Assembly (NCBI RefSeq): GCF_009914755.1
Contig: NC_060928.1
Strand: one strand, 5' to 3'
Source: the human T2T-CHM13v2.0 reference genome, Homo sapiens
DNA: 64,000 nt
In this document: in pieces, positions 63,346 to 64,000 of the stretch
How the letters are laid out: every line of letters starts with the position of its first letter
Numbering within the stretch: position 1 is the stretch's first letter
The notes under the pieces: generated by a model
The model's input: only the letters and a program-made list of their open reading frames with translations
Told to the model about the DNA's origin: nothing
The model's database searches: none
Program-made: the position numbers and the translations under genes

Positions 63346-64000
63346 TTAATTCATGTAGTAATAGTTGCTTTGTTCTTCCATTTGCCTGGATTTCTATGTC
63401 CTGTCAGCAGTTTTTCCCAAATCCTTCAAATGCCTCTCAGTAGGGTTTTCCTGGTCCATGTCCAATGGCCGCCCTCCTGGTTGGGTGCACAGCTGTCATC
63501 CTGGGAATGCCCTTCTCCAGGATTGAGTCCCTTGCTCCTAGACCTCATGGCTTCCTCTTTCTATATTTATTTTCCTAGATCACATCCTCTAATAGCTTTC
63601 TGAGAACAAGTAATTGGGTGGTAAGTTTTTGGTGGCATTTAAGTCCGAAAATGTCTTATTCTGTCCTCACACTTCACTGACTCACAGTTTTGAAAGCATT
63701 GCTCCATTATTGTTGGGCTTCCAGCATTGCTATTGAGCCTCCAATCCTTCCTTTTTCAGCAGATAGTTAAGGCCTACTGTATGCTGTATGTAAGGTTATT
63801 GATGCCATACTTATTCAGTCCTTTCCATGCAACTTGTTTTGTTTGTTTTTTTCCTCTGGGAAGATTTTAGGAACTTTTCTCTAAACTTCAGGTTCTAAAA
63901 TTTCACAGTGATATGCTATAGTATGGGTCCCTTTTTATTCATGTTTCTGGATACTTGGTCTGTAGAATCATTTATTTTAGTTCTGAGAAGTTTTCTTGAT

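Overview
This is primate (almost certainly human) genomic DNA. The right half holds the CpG-island promoter and coding exons 1-12 of PGM2 (phosphoglucomutase-2/phosphopentomutase, + strand). The exons run 37793-61453, all introns are GT-AG, they join into 534 in-frame codons, and the gene continues past the window. The left ~37 kb is intergenic and almost entirely transposon-derived: solo ERV LTRs, a full-length THE1, MaLR LTRs, Alus, old L1/L2/MIR and hAT elements. It also contains a full-length SVA abutting an RPL21 processed pseudogene, and an LTR2B solo LTR ~0.66 kb upstream of the PGM2 ATG. I see no convincing new biological system. The best second-look items are: (1) an SVA and an RPL21 retrocopy stacked at one re-used L1 target site; (2) an apparent 3'-UTR-only retrocopy at 15967-18100; (3) the CpG-retaining LTR2B next to the promoter; (4) a THE1 with discordant LTRs and a consensus splice donor; (5) a candidate poison exon in intron 1; (6) inverted-Alu architecture predicting circRNAs or editing. 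Repeat subfamily names come from recalled consensus sequences, and repeat boundaries without TSDs are approximate.
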